From positions 1 to 40,831 of the IMG/VR virus record IMGVR_UViG_3300047505_000003: DNA of 40,831 bases. One strand, given 5' to 3'. A program made the translations under genes and the position numbers. Every line of letters begins with the position of its first letter. Positions within the stretch are counted from its first letter, which is position 1. Positions 1 through 7,337 of this stretch are shown one piece after another. The notes beneath the pieces were generated by a model. It had not been told where the DNA came from, ran no database searches, and saw nothing but the letters and a program-made list of their open reading frames with translations. Origin of the DNA: a virus (taxonomy: Duplodnaviria; Caudoviricetes).

Positions 1-275
1 CGTGTCCACTTCTCCGCTATCTCAATAGCGATTCTAGGTCTATCCTCGCCTTTGAGTACATATTTAAGTGATAACCGAGCACATTTACAGGCGAGCAATA
101 CCACCTTTTTGCGCTTGTCTGATTCCCTCTCCCCACTTGTCCTGCCCAGCAACCACAGCATCCAGTCCCCACGCTCACAAGCTTCCCATGCCTCCTGTAA
201 TGTGGGGTACTGCGCTGCGTACTCTACTGCCTCTGGACATGCCCTCAATGTTTTAAGATACTGTACATGATTCAT
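1..275 (-). CDS. 5' part of an Imm5-like/Ala-rich phage protein; runs off the left edge
   Basis: Not in the ORF track. Manual translation: MNHVQYLKTLRACPEAVEYAAQYPTLQEAWEACERGDWMLWLLGRT...VLLACKCARLSLKYVLKGEDRPRIAIEIAEKWT. RBS AAGGAG precedes the ATG at 275. Confidence 0.85.
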   Translation of the reverse strand, partial: MNHVQYLKTLRACPEAVEYAAQYPTLQEAWEACERGDWMLWLLGRTSGERESDKRKKVVLLACKCARLSLKYVLKGEDRPRIAIEIAEKWT

Positions 276-576
276 CGTCTTCTCCTTTCACTATCTGCTC
301 ATATAGATACTGCTCTAGTGCTTCCCTCTTGATAAACCCATGCTTGATAAGGTCTAGGGTCAGATTATAGATTTGTGATGGTGTCATGTTGCCTTCCTTA
401 CAATCAAGGCACATTCCCCAAGTATCAGCCCATTCACCTGAACTCTTATACATGGGTACACTAAAAGGGTCATAGCACCATTTCCCGCATAAACCACAAT
501 GATAGCCTTCATAGTGGATTATGGGCTTGCCCGCTCGCCACCATCTTAGCCAAGAAATAAATGCTTTCATAGTCAT
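253..576 (-). CDS. Hypothetical protein with Cys motifs (CGLCGKWC...CLDC)
   Basis: 107 aa ORF packed in the leftward operon and overlapping its neighbours. Confidence 0.7.
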   Translation of the reverse strand: MTMKAFISWLRWWRAGKPIIHYEGYHCGLCGKWCYDPFSVPMYKSSGEWADTWGMCLDCKEGNMTPSQIYNLTLDLIKHGFIKREALEQYLYEQIVKGEDDESCTVS

Positions 577-830
577 CTCCCTTCTGCTTTGGTTTCACCG
601 TTAACTCTGGCTAGGGCTTGTTGTGCCTTATTGCAGGTCATTGCACCTATTGAACCTTCTGGTAGTGCTCTCTTGAATATGTGCAGCATTTCCTTCAGTG
701 CCTCATACATCTCTGGTGCCGCTGCTAGTTGCCTATATGCCCATTTTGATAATCTATCTGCTGTGATTGGTGTACCGTTGGGATCAAAGCCCACTACTGT
801 ATCATCTGTAATCTGTTTAGTGTACTCCAT
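573..830 (-). CDS. Hypothetical phage early protein (AAAPEMYEALK type)
   Basis: The motif LAAAPEMYEALKEML is typical of small phage early proteins. RBS AAAGGA. Confidence 0.8.
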   Translation of the reverse strand: MEYTKQITDDTVVGFDPNGTPITADRLSKWAYRQLAAAPEMYEALKEMLHIFKRALPEGSIGAMTCNKAQQALARVNGETKAEGR

Positions 831-869
831 CTTATTTCCTTTCCGCCTAACGTGTACCGTCAGATCACT

Positions 870-1031
870 CTATACTGGTGGGGTATGCCCTACCTCTTTT
901 TTGTCTGCCCAGAAGTCGATATGTTTCTGCATAACCTCTTCTGATTCGGTTTCCATGCCGCATTTATTACAGATATATTTCCCCTCTTCATCGTCATAGT
1001 TATATTCTAGGGTCATTACAATTATGCTCAT
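870..1031 (-). CDS. Small Zn-finger-like protein (CNKCG...H)
   Basis: YICNKCGMETESEEVMQKH. Start moved to MSIIV at 1031, after the RBS GGGAAGGA. Confidence 0.65.
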   Translation of the reverse strand: MSIIVMTLEYNYDDEEGKYICNKCGMETESEEVMQKHIDFWADKKEVGHTPPV

Positions 1032-1112
1032 TGTCCTTCCCTTTCTACGCTGGCACATTCAACGCCGCCAGCATGTCGGCGAGCTTCTCTAGGATCGCTA
1101 CTATAAACTGTT

Positions 1113-1325
1113 TCATGCTACCGCCTCCTGTTTGTAAGTGCCACACAGAATGCAGTTAGTGTATGGCCTTTCACTTCCATAGCGTCGGGGGCCTTCATAC
1201 CCACAACTGCAATACTTTTGCCTGTAATGCTTATGGGTGTTCTCGTCGAGTTGTTTAATGCCCCAGTACAACCAAGCTGATTTTTGCTTGCATTTAGGAC
1301 ACTTGAGTCGCCTTTCTGCTCTCAT
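1113..1325 (-). CDS. Zn-ribbon protein
   Basis: CPKC...CSCG...CILC motifs; a purine-rich RBS lies upstream. Confidence 0.7.
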   Translation of the reverse strand: MRAERRLKCPKCKQKSAWLYWGIKQLDENTHKHYRQKYCSCGYEGPRRYGSERPYTNCILCGTYKQEAVA

Positions 1326-1361
1326 CTCTCATACCTTCCTTTCTACTCCCATGTGTTGGGG

Positions 1362-1625
1362 CTATTCGTCTTGATAGCCACAAGCCCATGCGAATAGTGT
1401 GGCAAGGTTCACCATAGCAATAGGTTCGCCGTACTTTTTGATGAGTATATGAGTTTCGTGCTCATCGCTACAGGCATTATCAAAACTGGTGCCACCTAAT
1501 TCTACTGTGATACCCTGCTCGTCTGGTTCGTGCCAATCCTTCCTAACTTTGAGTTCTCTTGCCAACTCTATTAGTTCGGCTTTGGTGTGCGGGCTTTTAA
1601 CCTCGAATGTTCTAGTTACCTTCAC
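1362..1625 (-). CDS. Hypothetical phage protein
   Basis: 87 aa ORF with GTG start after AAAGGA; contains DWHEPDEQG and INLA-like (VNLATLFAWA) motifs. Confidence 0.75.
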   Translation of the reverse strand: MKVTRTFEVKSPHTKAELIELARELKVRKDWHEPDEQGITVELGGTSFDNACSDEHETHILIKKYGEPIAMVNLATLFAWACGYQDE

Positions 1626-1660
1626 TGTCTTATCCTTTCTTGTGGCGTGCTCCCTGAAAG

Positions 1661-1855
1661 CTATCCGCTGCTAAGCCCATATAGCTTACTGTAATATCTT
1701 GCTAACTTATCGTATGCTTCTCGATCCCTTTCATCTTCAATTTCTTGTTCGTCTGGATGCACTAGCCTTTGTGTTTGTTCTTCATCTTCTTGATGTTGTA
1801 GCTCCTGATAATGTCGGCTAACACTAGAATCTTTTAACTTTGGTTTATATGTCAT
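1661..1855 (-). CDS. Hypothetical acidic protein
   Basis: 64 aa ORF with RBS AGGAGG. Confidence 0.65.
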   Translation of the reverse strand: MTYKPKLKDSSVSRHYQELQHQEDEEQTQRLVHPDEQEIEDERDREAYDKLARYYSKLYGLSSG

Positions 1856-1878
1856 CTTCTTAACCCTCCTGTTTATTC

Positions 1879-2264
1879 TTAACCGCTCAATAGTGGGCAG
1901 GTAAACTGATATCTAGATTCCCCTGCGCTCTATCTCGTCTATCCACCGAGCATTGCGCCATGCTCCGATGAAGTTTCCATTCGGGTGTTCGAGAAGTTGG
2001 GCGTCTGTTAAGTCTTTGTGGTCTTCTTTTAGCCATTCGAGGTATTCTTTGAAGTGCGCCTCGACATCTTGAAGCCGTATAACTTCTCTGTACCCCCTAG
2101 GTGGCGGTATCATGCGACTGCCATCACAATTAGCTTGCCGCCGTGTATCCTTCTTTGATACATATTCGTAGGTAGGATAATTCGCTCTAGGTCGAAAGCC
2201 GTAGCTACTTTTCTTCGTCAACATGACTACTCCCTTTCCTACCTGCCCACTATTCAGTTGTTAA
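1879..2264. repeat. 25-bp imperfect inverted repeat (1879-1903 / 2240-2264) flanking the gene at 1913-2224
   Basis: TTAACCGCTCAATAGTGGGCAGGTA versus TACCTGCCCACTATTCAGTTGTTAA: 22/25 complementary with a 15-bp perfect core. Confidence 0.9.
1913..2224 (-). CDS. Hypothetical protein enclosed by inverted repeats
   Basis: 103 aa ORF with RBS AAGGGAG. Confidence 0.75.
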   Translation of the reverse strand: MLTKKSSYGFRPRANYPTYEYVSKKDTRRQANCDGSRMIPPPRGYREVIRLQDVEAHFKEYLEWLKEDHKDLTDAQLLEHPNGNFIGAWRNARWIDEIERRGI

Positions 2265-2306
2265 GGTGCTAACCGCTCACTTATGCGCCCTATTGCTAAG
2301 GCGCAT
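2251..2306 (-). promoter_or_regulatory. Putative boxB-boxA antitermination element
   Basis: Minus-strand hairpin ATGCGCCTTA-GCAA-TAGGGCGCAT (GNRA loop), followed by AGCACCTTAACAACTGAATA, which matches the E. coli rrn boxA TGCTCTTTAACA at 9/12 positions. Confidence 0.55.
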
Positions 2307-2317
2307 CTTGTCAGGGG

Positions 2318-2514
2318 TTAGTTGGCACTTGTTTCAATGGAAGATTCGGCTTCTTCAAGACTATTGATAGCGTCTTCCATATTAGAGGCTGCTTCCTCGG
2401 CCTCGTTTTATCCATATACTCTTGTTCTTTCTTCAGAAGTGTCTCTAGTGTGCCCTTTGTGTTTGCTATCACCTCAGCAACTTTACTTAGTTCCATTCTA
2501 CGGTGCTTATTCAT
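2318..2514 (-). pseudogene. Frameshifted coiled-coil phage early gene (MNKxRR...EQEYMD family)
   Basis: MNKHRRMELSKVAEVIANTKGTLETLLKKEQEYMDK continues in another frame as EAEEAASNMEDAINSLEEAESSIETSAN*. Confidence 0.7.
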
Positions 2515-2545
2515 CGCCTTGCTCCTTTCCTAACCTTTGATTCCT

Positions 2546-2574
2546 ATTGTACCACAAGCAACAGAACTTGTCAA
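2546..2574 (-). promoter_or_regulatory. Sigma70/SigA promoter of the leftward early operon
   Basis: TTGACA-17 bp-TACAAT with a TGTGG extended -10. Confidence 0.85.
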
Positions 2575-3138
2575 GGGGTTGGATAGCTATAAAACAGCTA
2601 CGAAATAAAGTCGGTTATTATTCGTGGCTATGGTGTTATCCCAATCATGACGGTATCGGCCTAACATCGCTGGAGTGGTGTCACAGAGAAACCGCCGCTC
2701 AATCCCAGGGTGTCACAAAACGCATACCGTTAGGTCTCTAGAGGGCTTATTAGTTCATAGGTAGTTAGTTAATGGTCTATTACGTATATATAACCTATGG
2801 TGTGTAGCCTTAGATAGTATTAAGACGGGTTGAGACGACTTATAATCGTAGTTTATTGGTGGTGTTATTCGTGTTGGGTGTTACCTCACCGTATGTGTGC
2901 TGGTATGACCACAGTATGATGATAGCTTATGGTAAGCAATCATCATCAATCACTCGTGGGTAATCGACCATAACAATGATTGTGCGTCACTGCACGAGTA
3001 AATGGTGGGGGATACGATAGGCCTGATAGACAAAAATCACTTGTCATAATATTGAAGTTACTACCTCCCGAAATTTTATCATCAAACCATCATTATGTCT
3101 GGTCTAGCATGATTTATCCACCGTATGAAATTGAGTGT

Positions 3139-3195
3139 TGTGCAACCTAAATATCATTTCGCTAGGTTGCACAGATTACTGACAGGTGGTATGAT
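3139..3195 (+). promoter_or_regulatory. Rightward promoter (TTGCAC-17-TATGAT, 3167-3195) overlapped by an 11-bp inverted repeat (putative operator)
   Basis: TGTGCAACCTA (3139-3149) N13 TAGGTTGCACA (3163-3173) covers the -35 box. Confidence 0.6.
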
Positions 3196-3220
3196 CAAGT
3201 TATGAAAGGGGGATAAAGAA

Positions 3221-3535
3221 ATGCCATTATCAAAAGAGAAGAACAAGGAACGGATGAATAAGAGTCGTGTCCAACCTAACCCTAGTACAGGGACAGAATC
3301 TACCCATGATTCTGTAGGCCAAAGTATCCAAGAAGGGTCAAAGGAAGCTGGGTGGTTAGCGGTAAAGACTTATGTTCAAAGGTCGTCCAGTGGGATGGAC
3401 AACTTAGAGAGGCTCAAGCGTATCTCTGGGTCATTGGGGCCTCACGCAGCGGAGGTGATGTTCGGGCCGACAGCGTTGACGTTTCAGGACATCGGTGAGG
3501 TCTTAGGGGTAGAAGCAGGGAAGTACGGGAAGTGA
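3221..3535 (+). CDS. Hypothetical protein, first gene of the rightward late region
   Basis: 104 aa, RBS AAGGGGG, basic N-terminus MPLSKEKNKERM. Confidence 0.75.
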   Translation: MPLSKEKNKERMNKSRVQPNPSTGTESTHDSVGQSIQEGSKEAGWLAVKTYVQRSSSGMDNLERLKRISGSLGPHAAEVMFGPTALTFQDIGEVLGVEAGKYGK

Positions 3536-3537
3536 TT

Positions 3538-3681
3538 ATGTTAGCTATAGTAATTCTCATAGGGGTACTAATTGCGGGGTTTTTAACTGCTTATGGCACG
3601 GGTTGGCTTTACAAGATAATCAACAGACTGCCCCCGATGCACAGATGGTTTGAGGTGAGTTATGGAATTATTTACTGGTAA
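3538..3681 (+). CDS. Small membrane peptide (47 aa)
   Basis: Manual translation MLAIVILIGVLIAGFLTAYGTGWLYKIINRLPPMHRWFEVSYGIIYW; fills the gap between two genes. Confidence 0.55.
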   Translation: MLAIVILIGVLIAGFLTAYGTGWLYKIINRLPPMHRWFEVSYGIIYW

Positions 3682-4453
3682 ATTGGGTAAACTCTCGCCT
3701 GTTATAGACGAGAGGACATTAAAACTGTCAATGGTATTGAGAGCATTACCGCCCATACCGAAGTTTTATGATGTGGATAACGAGTTGATTAAGTTGCCAT
3801 TGCCCATGTTCGGGAATGATGTTTACGGAGACTGTGTTATTGCAGGACGGGCACACATGACCCTGCGATTTGAGGCGTATGAGCAGAAGAAAGCCCTACC
3901 AATCACCACAAAGAATGTCACTGATGAGTATTTCAAAGAGACGGGCGGTGCTGATTCAGGACTTTATCTTTTAGACTCACTCAAGTGCTGGAGGAACGGG
4001 TGGCTGGTGGATACCGATACATTGGGGAATAGGGTTGGGTACAAACTGGGACTCCCATGTTGTAGGAAAAAGAACCGATTAGATTATAATATTTATGCTT
4101 TTGGGACTATCGACTATGAGGACAAGGACGAGGTGCAGGCGTGTGTTTATCTTTTAAGGGGACTTTATATCGGCCTTGCCCTCCCCACATCTGCAAAATA
4201 CGAGAAGGTATGGTCTTCAACAGTGGATGCCCCTGCATCGTGGGGGAGACATTGTGTTTATATCAAGAGTTATAACGATACTGGACTAACTTGTGTGACG
4301 TGGGGCAGACTGCAATCAATGACATGGACGTTCTTTCAGAGGTATTGTGATGAGGCGTATGGTGTGGTGGACAATAAGAATCGTTTTACTGAGAATAGTC
4401 CCGTTGATGTGCAAACATTAAGTGAGTATTTAAAAGAGATTGAGGCATTATGA
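3662..4453 (+). CDS. Papain-like (C1-related) cysteine peptidase
   Basis: GNDVYGDCVIAG (catalytic Cys), WGRHCVYIKSY (His) and CVTWG motifs in papain order. Confidence 0.75.
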   Translation: MELFTGKLGKLSPVIDERTLKLSMVLRALPPIPKFYDVDNELIKLPLPMFGNDVYGDCVIAGRAHMTLRFEAYEQKKALPITTKNVTDEYFKETGGADSGLYLLDSLKCWRNGWLVDTDTLGNRVGYKLGLPCCRKKNRLDYNIYAFGTIDYEDKDEVQACVYLLRGLYIGLALPTSAKYEKVWSSTVDAPASWGRHCVYIKSYNDTGLTCVTWGRLQSMTWTFFQRYCDEAYGVVDNKNRFTENSPVDVQTLSEYLKEIEAL

Positions 4454-4489
4454 CGGGTACGAGCCGTGGGTGATAATACAGACGTAATT

Positions 4490-4662
4490 ATGGTGTATCG
4501 AAAGTGAAAGTGCAATACCATGCGCCCCACTGTGCAGGGGAAATGATGGCCTAGTTGCCGACTGTGGTGGTCGGAAAACATGGGTGGCTTAAATAGATGC
4601 TCTGGAGTGCGTACCTTTGAGTGCGTCCCAAGTGCCTTAAAATCACGCACAGGATACACCAC
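4490..4662 (+). ncRNA. Putative structured intergenic RNA
   Basis: TGGTGTATC (4491-4499) and CTGTGC (4530-4535) pair with the contiguous GCACAG-GATACACCA (4647-4661). Internal hairpin CCGAC/GTCGG. No credible ORF. Confidence 0.4.
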
Positions 4663-4787
4663 CAACTTTAATCAAAACTTTTTGTTGAAAGTAGACTTTA
4701 TGGAACTAAGGCAAGGAGGTTGATATGCCTACAGGACATAGACTGGGATGGTGGCCTAAATGATTGAGATAATCTTTGGAGAGGACA

Positions 4788-4991
4788 ATGAACCTCCATC
4801 GTTATCGTTTGGCGAAAGTGTTTGTCATAGGGGAGACGGCACTAACCATCCCCCTAAGCACGTTTATAGGTTGCCAGTATGGTTTAGGGGAATGGGTACT
4901 GCCAACGGTACTGCTTGCCTTTCAAACCTGTCTTACCTCGTTAAGCATGGTGGTGTACCTATGGATGTTGGAGTCACTGACTAAGAAATGA
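4788..4991 (+). CDS. Two-TM membrane protein, holin-like
   Basis: MNLHRYRLAKVFVIGETALTIPLSTFIG...WVLPTVLLAFQTCLTSLSMVVYLWML; RBS GGAGAGG. Confidence 0.55.
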   Translation: MNLHRYRLAKVFVIGETALTIPLSTFIGCQYGLGEWVLPTVLLAFQTCLTSLSMVVYLWMLESLTKK

Positions 4992-5128
4992 AACGGATTA
5001 AGTGCCCTGACTGCAAGAAAGCATATCTAAGGAAAGTCTATGAGAACGATACGTTTATACACTGTCATTGCCCTCACTGTGGGCACGATTTTTCTATTGT
5101 CAAAGCTAAGAAGTTGGCGTTTGCATGA
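4988..5128 (+). CDS. Small Zn-ribbon protein
   Basis: Manual translation MKRIKCPDCKK...HCHCPHCGH; ATGA overlap with the previous gene. Confidence 0.65.
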   Translation: MKRIKCPDCKKAYLRKVYENDTFIHCHCPHCGHDFSIVKAKKLAFA

Positions 5129-5295
5129 AAACACAAAACAAGAATGTGCCTGAATGCTTCGGGGATATAAGGGGCTTCCGTATCTTTGAGAACTTGCGTT
5201 GCCACGACGGGACAGAGATGAAGTGCCATACCTGCAAAGTAGAACGGGAATGTGCCGAAGTAGAGTATATGAAAAAGGGTGAAATAGATGGCTAA
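5125..5295 (+). CDS. Small Cys-rich protein
   Basis: Manual translation MKTQNKNVPECFG...KCHTCKVERECAE; ATGA overlap. Confidence 0.6.
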   Translation: MKTQNKNVPECFGDIRGFRIFENLRCHDGTEMKCHTCKVERECAEVEYMKKGEIDG

Positions 5296-5452
5296 ATTCC
5301 CATGTGTCGGATGTGGTAAAGATATATACGACGTGGGGGAATGGAATGTAGTGTATCTTGAGTCTGAACCTGATAAACCTATACGTTACTGCCGTCCTTG
5401 TTTTTTAAAAAAGTATCAAGATGGGGGTGATATAGATGCCAGTAAAGGTTGA
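5288..5452 (+). CDS. Small Zn-finger protein
   Basis: Manual translation MAKFPCVGCGK...YCRPCFLK. Confidence 0.6.
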   Translation: MAKFPCVGCGKDIYDVGEWNVVYLESEPDKPIRYCRPCFLKKYQDGGDIDASKG

Positions 5453-5600
5453 GAAACGTAGTGGGGCAAGACCGTGGAAGGTTGTGGAGGTGGCAACTGG
5501 TAAGGTGGTTGGGTCTTCTACTTCAAAAGCCAATGCCCAGCATAGTGCCAATGCTAGGAATGCTGCAAAGCATGGATGGAAACCAACAGGTAAGAAGTAA
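5436..5600 (+). CDS. Small basic phage protein
   Basis: Manual translation MPVKVEKRSGARPWKVVEVATGKVVGSSTSKANAQHSANARNAAKHGWKPTGKK; RBS GGGGGTG; abuts the putative terminase small subunit. Confidence 0.7.
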   Translation: MPVKVEKRSGARPWKVVEVATGKVVGSSTSKANAQHSANARNAAKHGWKPTGKK

Positions 5601-6098
5601 ATGTCTGATATTACGTTAGTAGAGAATGTGGTTGACCGCTGGAGGAAAGCTACACAGACTCAAAAAGACTTCCTTATTAACCGTCGCCTCTATCCTAATG
5701 ATAGTCAGACCTGCAAGGCGATAGGGATAACTCATGCTAACCCTATTCATTGGCGAGACAATGATGAGAACTTTGCGGAACTGGAGAGAACTTTCAACCT
5801 TCAACCAATAGAGACTGCCCTTATGTACCTCCAGGACTTGTTCGCCATATCTTTAGCCACGTTGCATAAGGCTATGGTGGACAAGAATATCAAAGGTCAT
5901 CAGGTAGAAGCGGCTAAAGCTGTGAATAGGTTAATGATAGACCTTGAGCAGTTGAAGCAGACCAAAAAGCAAGGCAAACGAGAAGTGAGTTTTAAGAAGA
6001 ATTATGATACAGACACTACCGCCGATAGAACTCCCCTACTCACCACACCCGACCCAGGAGATAGTACACCAGTCGAAGGCCAAATGGAAAGTCCTTGA
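5601..6098 (+). CDS. Putative terminase small subunit
   Basis: HTH-like N-terminus (TCKAIGITHANPIHWRD), helical middle, and position directly upstream of and overlapping the large subunit. Confidence 0.6.
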   Translation: MSDITLVENVVDRWRKATQTQKDFLINRRLYPNDSQTCKAIGITHANPIHWRDNDENFAELERTFNLQPIETALMYLQDLFAISLATLHKAMVDKNIKGHQVEAAKAVNRLMIDLEQLKQTKKQGKREVSFKKNYDTDTTADRTPLLTTPDPGDSTPVEGQMESP

Positions 6099-7329
6099 GT
6101 GCGGGCGTGGTTGGGGGAAAGACCGATTAGGTCATGCCGAAGTTTATAGGCGGTACGCAGAGTGGTACAACGACCCATTCCCCGAATACCTCATGCCAGC
6201 CCTTAATTTCATGATTCTTGGCCCCACCTTTGGGGCGGTCACTCAGAACTGGATAGAGCTTAAAGAGTTCTCACGACCACTAGGCGATGCAGGGTTGGTC
6301 AAGCAGATAAAGGAGGACGAGAAGAAAGTCATCCTTTATCTTCCCAATGACAACGAGTGTATTATAGAGGTGTGCTCGGCAGACAGGCCAGAGTCTTTAT
6401 TAGGGCGAGGACTTGACCTACTCCATGTGACTGAGTGCGATGACATCTCCGATATAGTGTTCAATTCCTACGTTCGTCCAATGCTCCGCAGGGCTGACAG
6501 AAAAGGGTATGCCATATTCGCAGGGACTCCACGGCGGGAGGAGTCGTGGATGAGTACGCTGGCAAAAGAAGGACAAAAGGGGAATGGGGAGATTGAGTAT
6601 TTCCACTTTACATCTTTTGACAATCCGTACGCCGACCATGAGGCCATCCTTCGGGATATGGAGACCATGCCCAATTACATCGCTAGGATGGAGTATTATG
6701 CTGAACGCATGGCGGATGTTCAGTCGGCGTTCCAGAACATCAGTGCTTGTATACAAGGCATCCCCGAACAGCCAATAGAGAATCATCAGTATGTTGTTGG
6801 CATAGACCTCGGACGGTCAATAGACTATACCGTTCAAATAGCGATGGACAAAGCCACAAGACGGGCGGTAGCCTTTGAGAGGTTCGATGATAAGTCGTGG
6901 GAAGTACAGGAACGGAAGATGGTGGAGTTTTGTAAAAAGTGGAACAATCCACTGGTGATAATGGATACATCCAACGTCGGTATGGCTATTTATCAATACA
7001 TGGGGAAGCAGGGGTTCAGGACAAAGGGCATAAATCTGCACTCTGGTATTGAAAAGAAACGTATATTGGATAATCTGGCACTGGCTATGGAGAAAGAGAC
7101 TGTCCACTTCCCAAAGGATTTCAAAGTTTTAATCAAGGAGCTTAGTATTTACAAACGCATAGCGGCAAATAAGTGGGGACAACCGATAGACAACATCAAG
7201 TTCCGTGCCCCGATAGGCCAGCACGACGATGCGGTGGTGGCACTAGCACTGGCATTGGACGGTTGCCCTCGCCCTGGGGCGTGGGACACAAGTATTAAGT
7301 TGGCACAGCCCAGCATACGGTTCGCATAG
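6004..7329 (+). CDS. terL: Terminase large subunit (Terminase_6-like)
   Basis: PHPTQ Q-motif, Walker A CGRGWGKD, GRGLDLLHVTE Walker B, AGTP coupling motif, HFTSFDNPY, nuclease motifs VGIDLG and HDDAVVALALA. Confidence 0.93.
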   Translation: MIQTLPPIELPYSPHPTQEIVHQSKAKWKVLECGRGWGKDRLGHAEVYRRYAEWYNDPFPEYLMPALNFMILGPTFGAVTQNWIELKEFSRPLGDAGLVKQIKEDEKKVILYLPNDNECIIEVCSADRPESLLGRGLDLLHVTECDDISDIVFNSYVRPMLRRADRKGYAIFAGTPRREESWMSTLAKEGQKGNGEIEYFHFTSFDNPYADHEAILRDMETMPNYIARMEYYAERMADVQSAFQNISACIQGIPEQPIENHQYVVGIDLGRSIDYTVQIAMDKATRRAVAFERFDDKSWEVQERKMVEFCKKWNNPLVIMDTSNVGMAIYQYMGKQGFRTKGINLHSGIEKKRILDNLALAMEKETVHFPKDFKVLIKELSIYKRIAANKWGQPIDNIKFRAPIGQHDDAVVALALALDGCPRPGAWDTSIKLAQPSIRFA

Positions 7330-7337
7330 GAGACACT

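Noticed and set aside
52-999. Plus-strand ORFs (52-270, 68-256, 589-999)
   Set aside because: They are antisense to well-supported minus-strand operon genes that have RBSs.
1879-2264. IS/MITE interpretation of the inverted repeats
   Set aside because: The enclosed ORF has no transposase motifs and there is no clean flanking target-site duplication, since the 10-bp direct repeat overlaps one arm. It is kept only as an alternative to the RNA-stem model.
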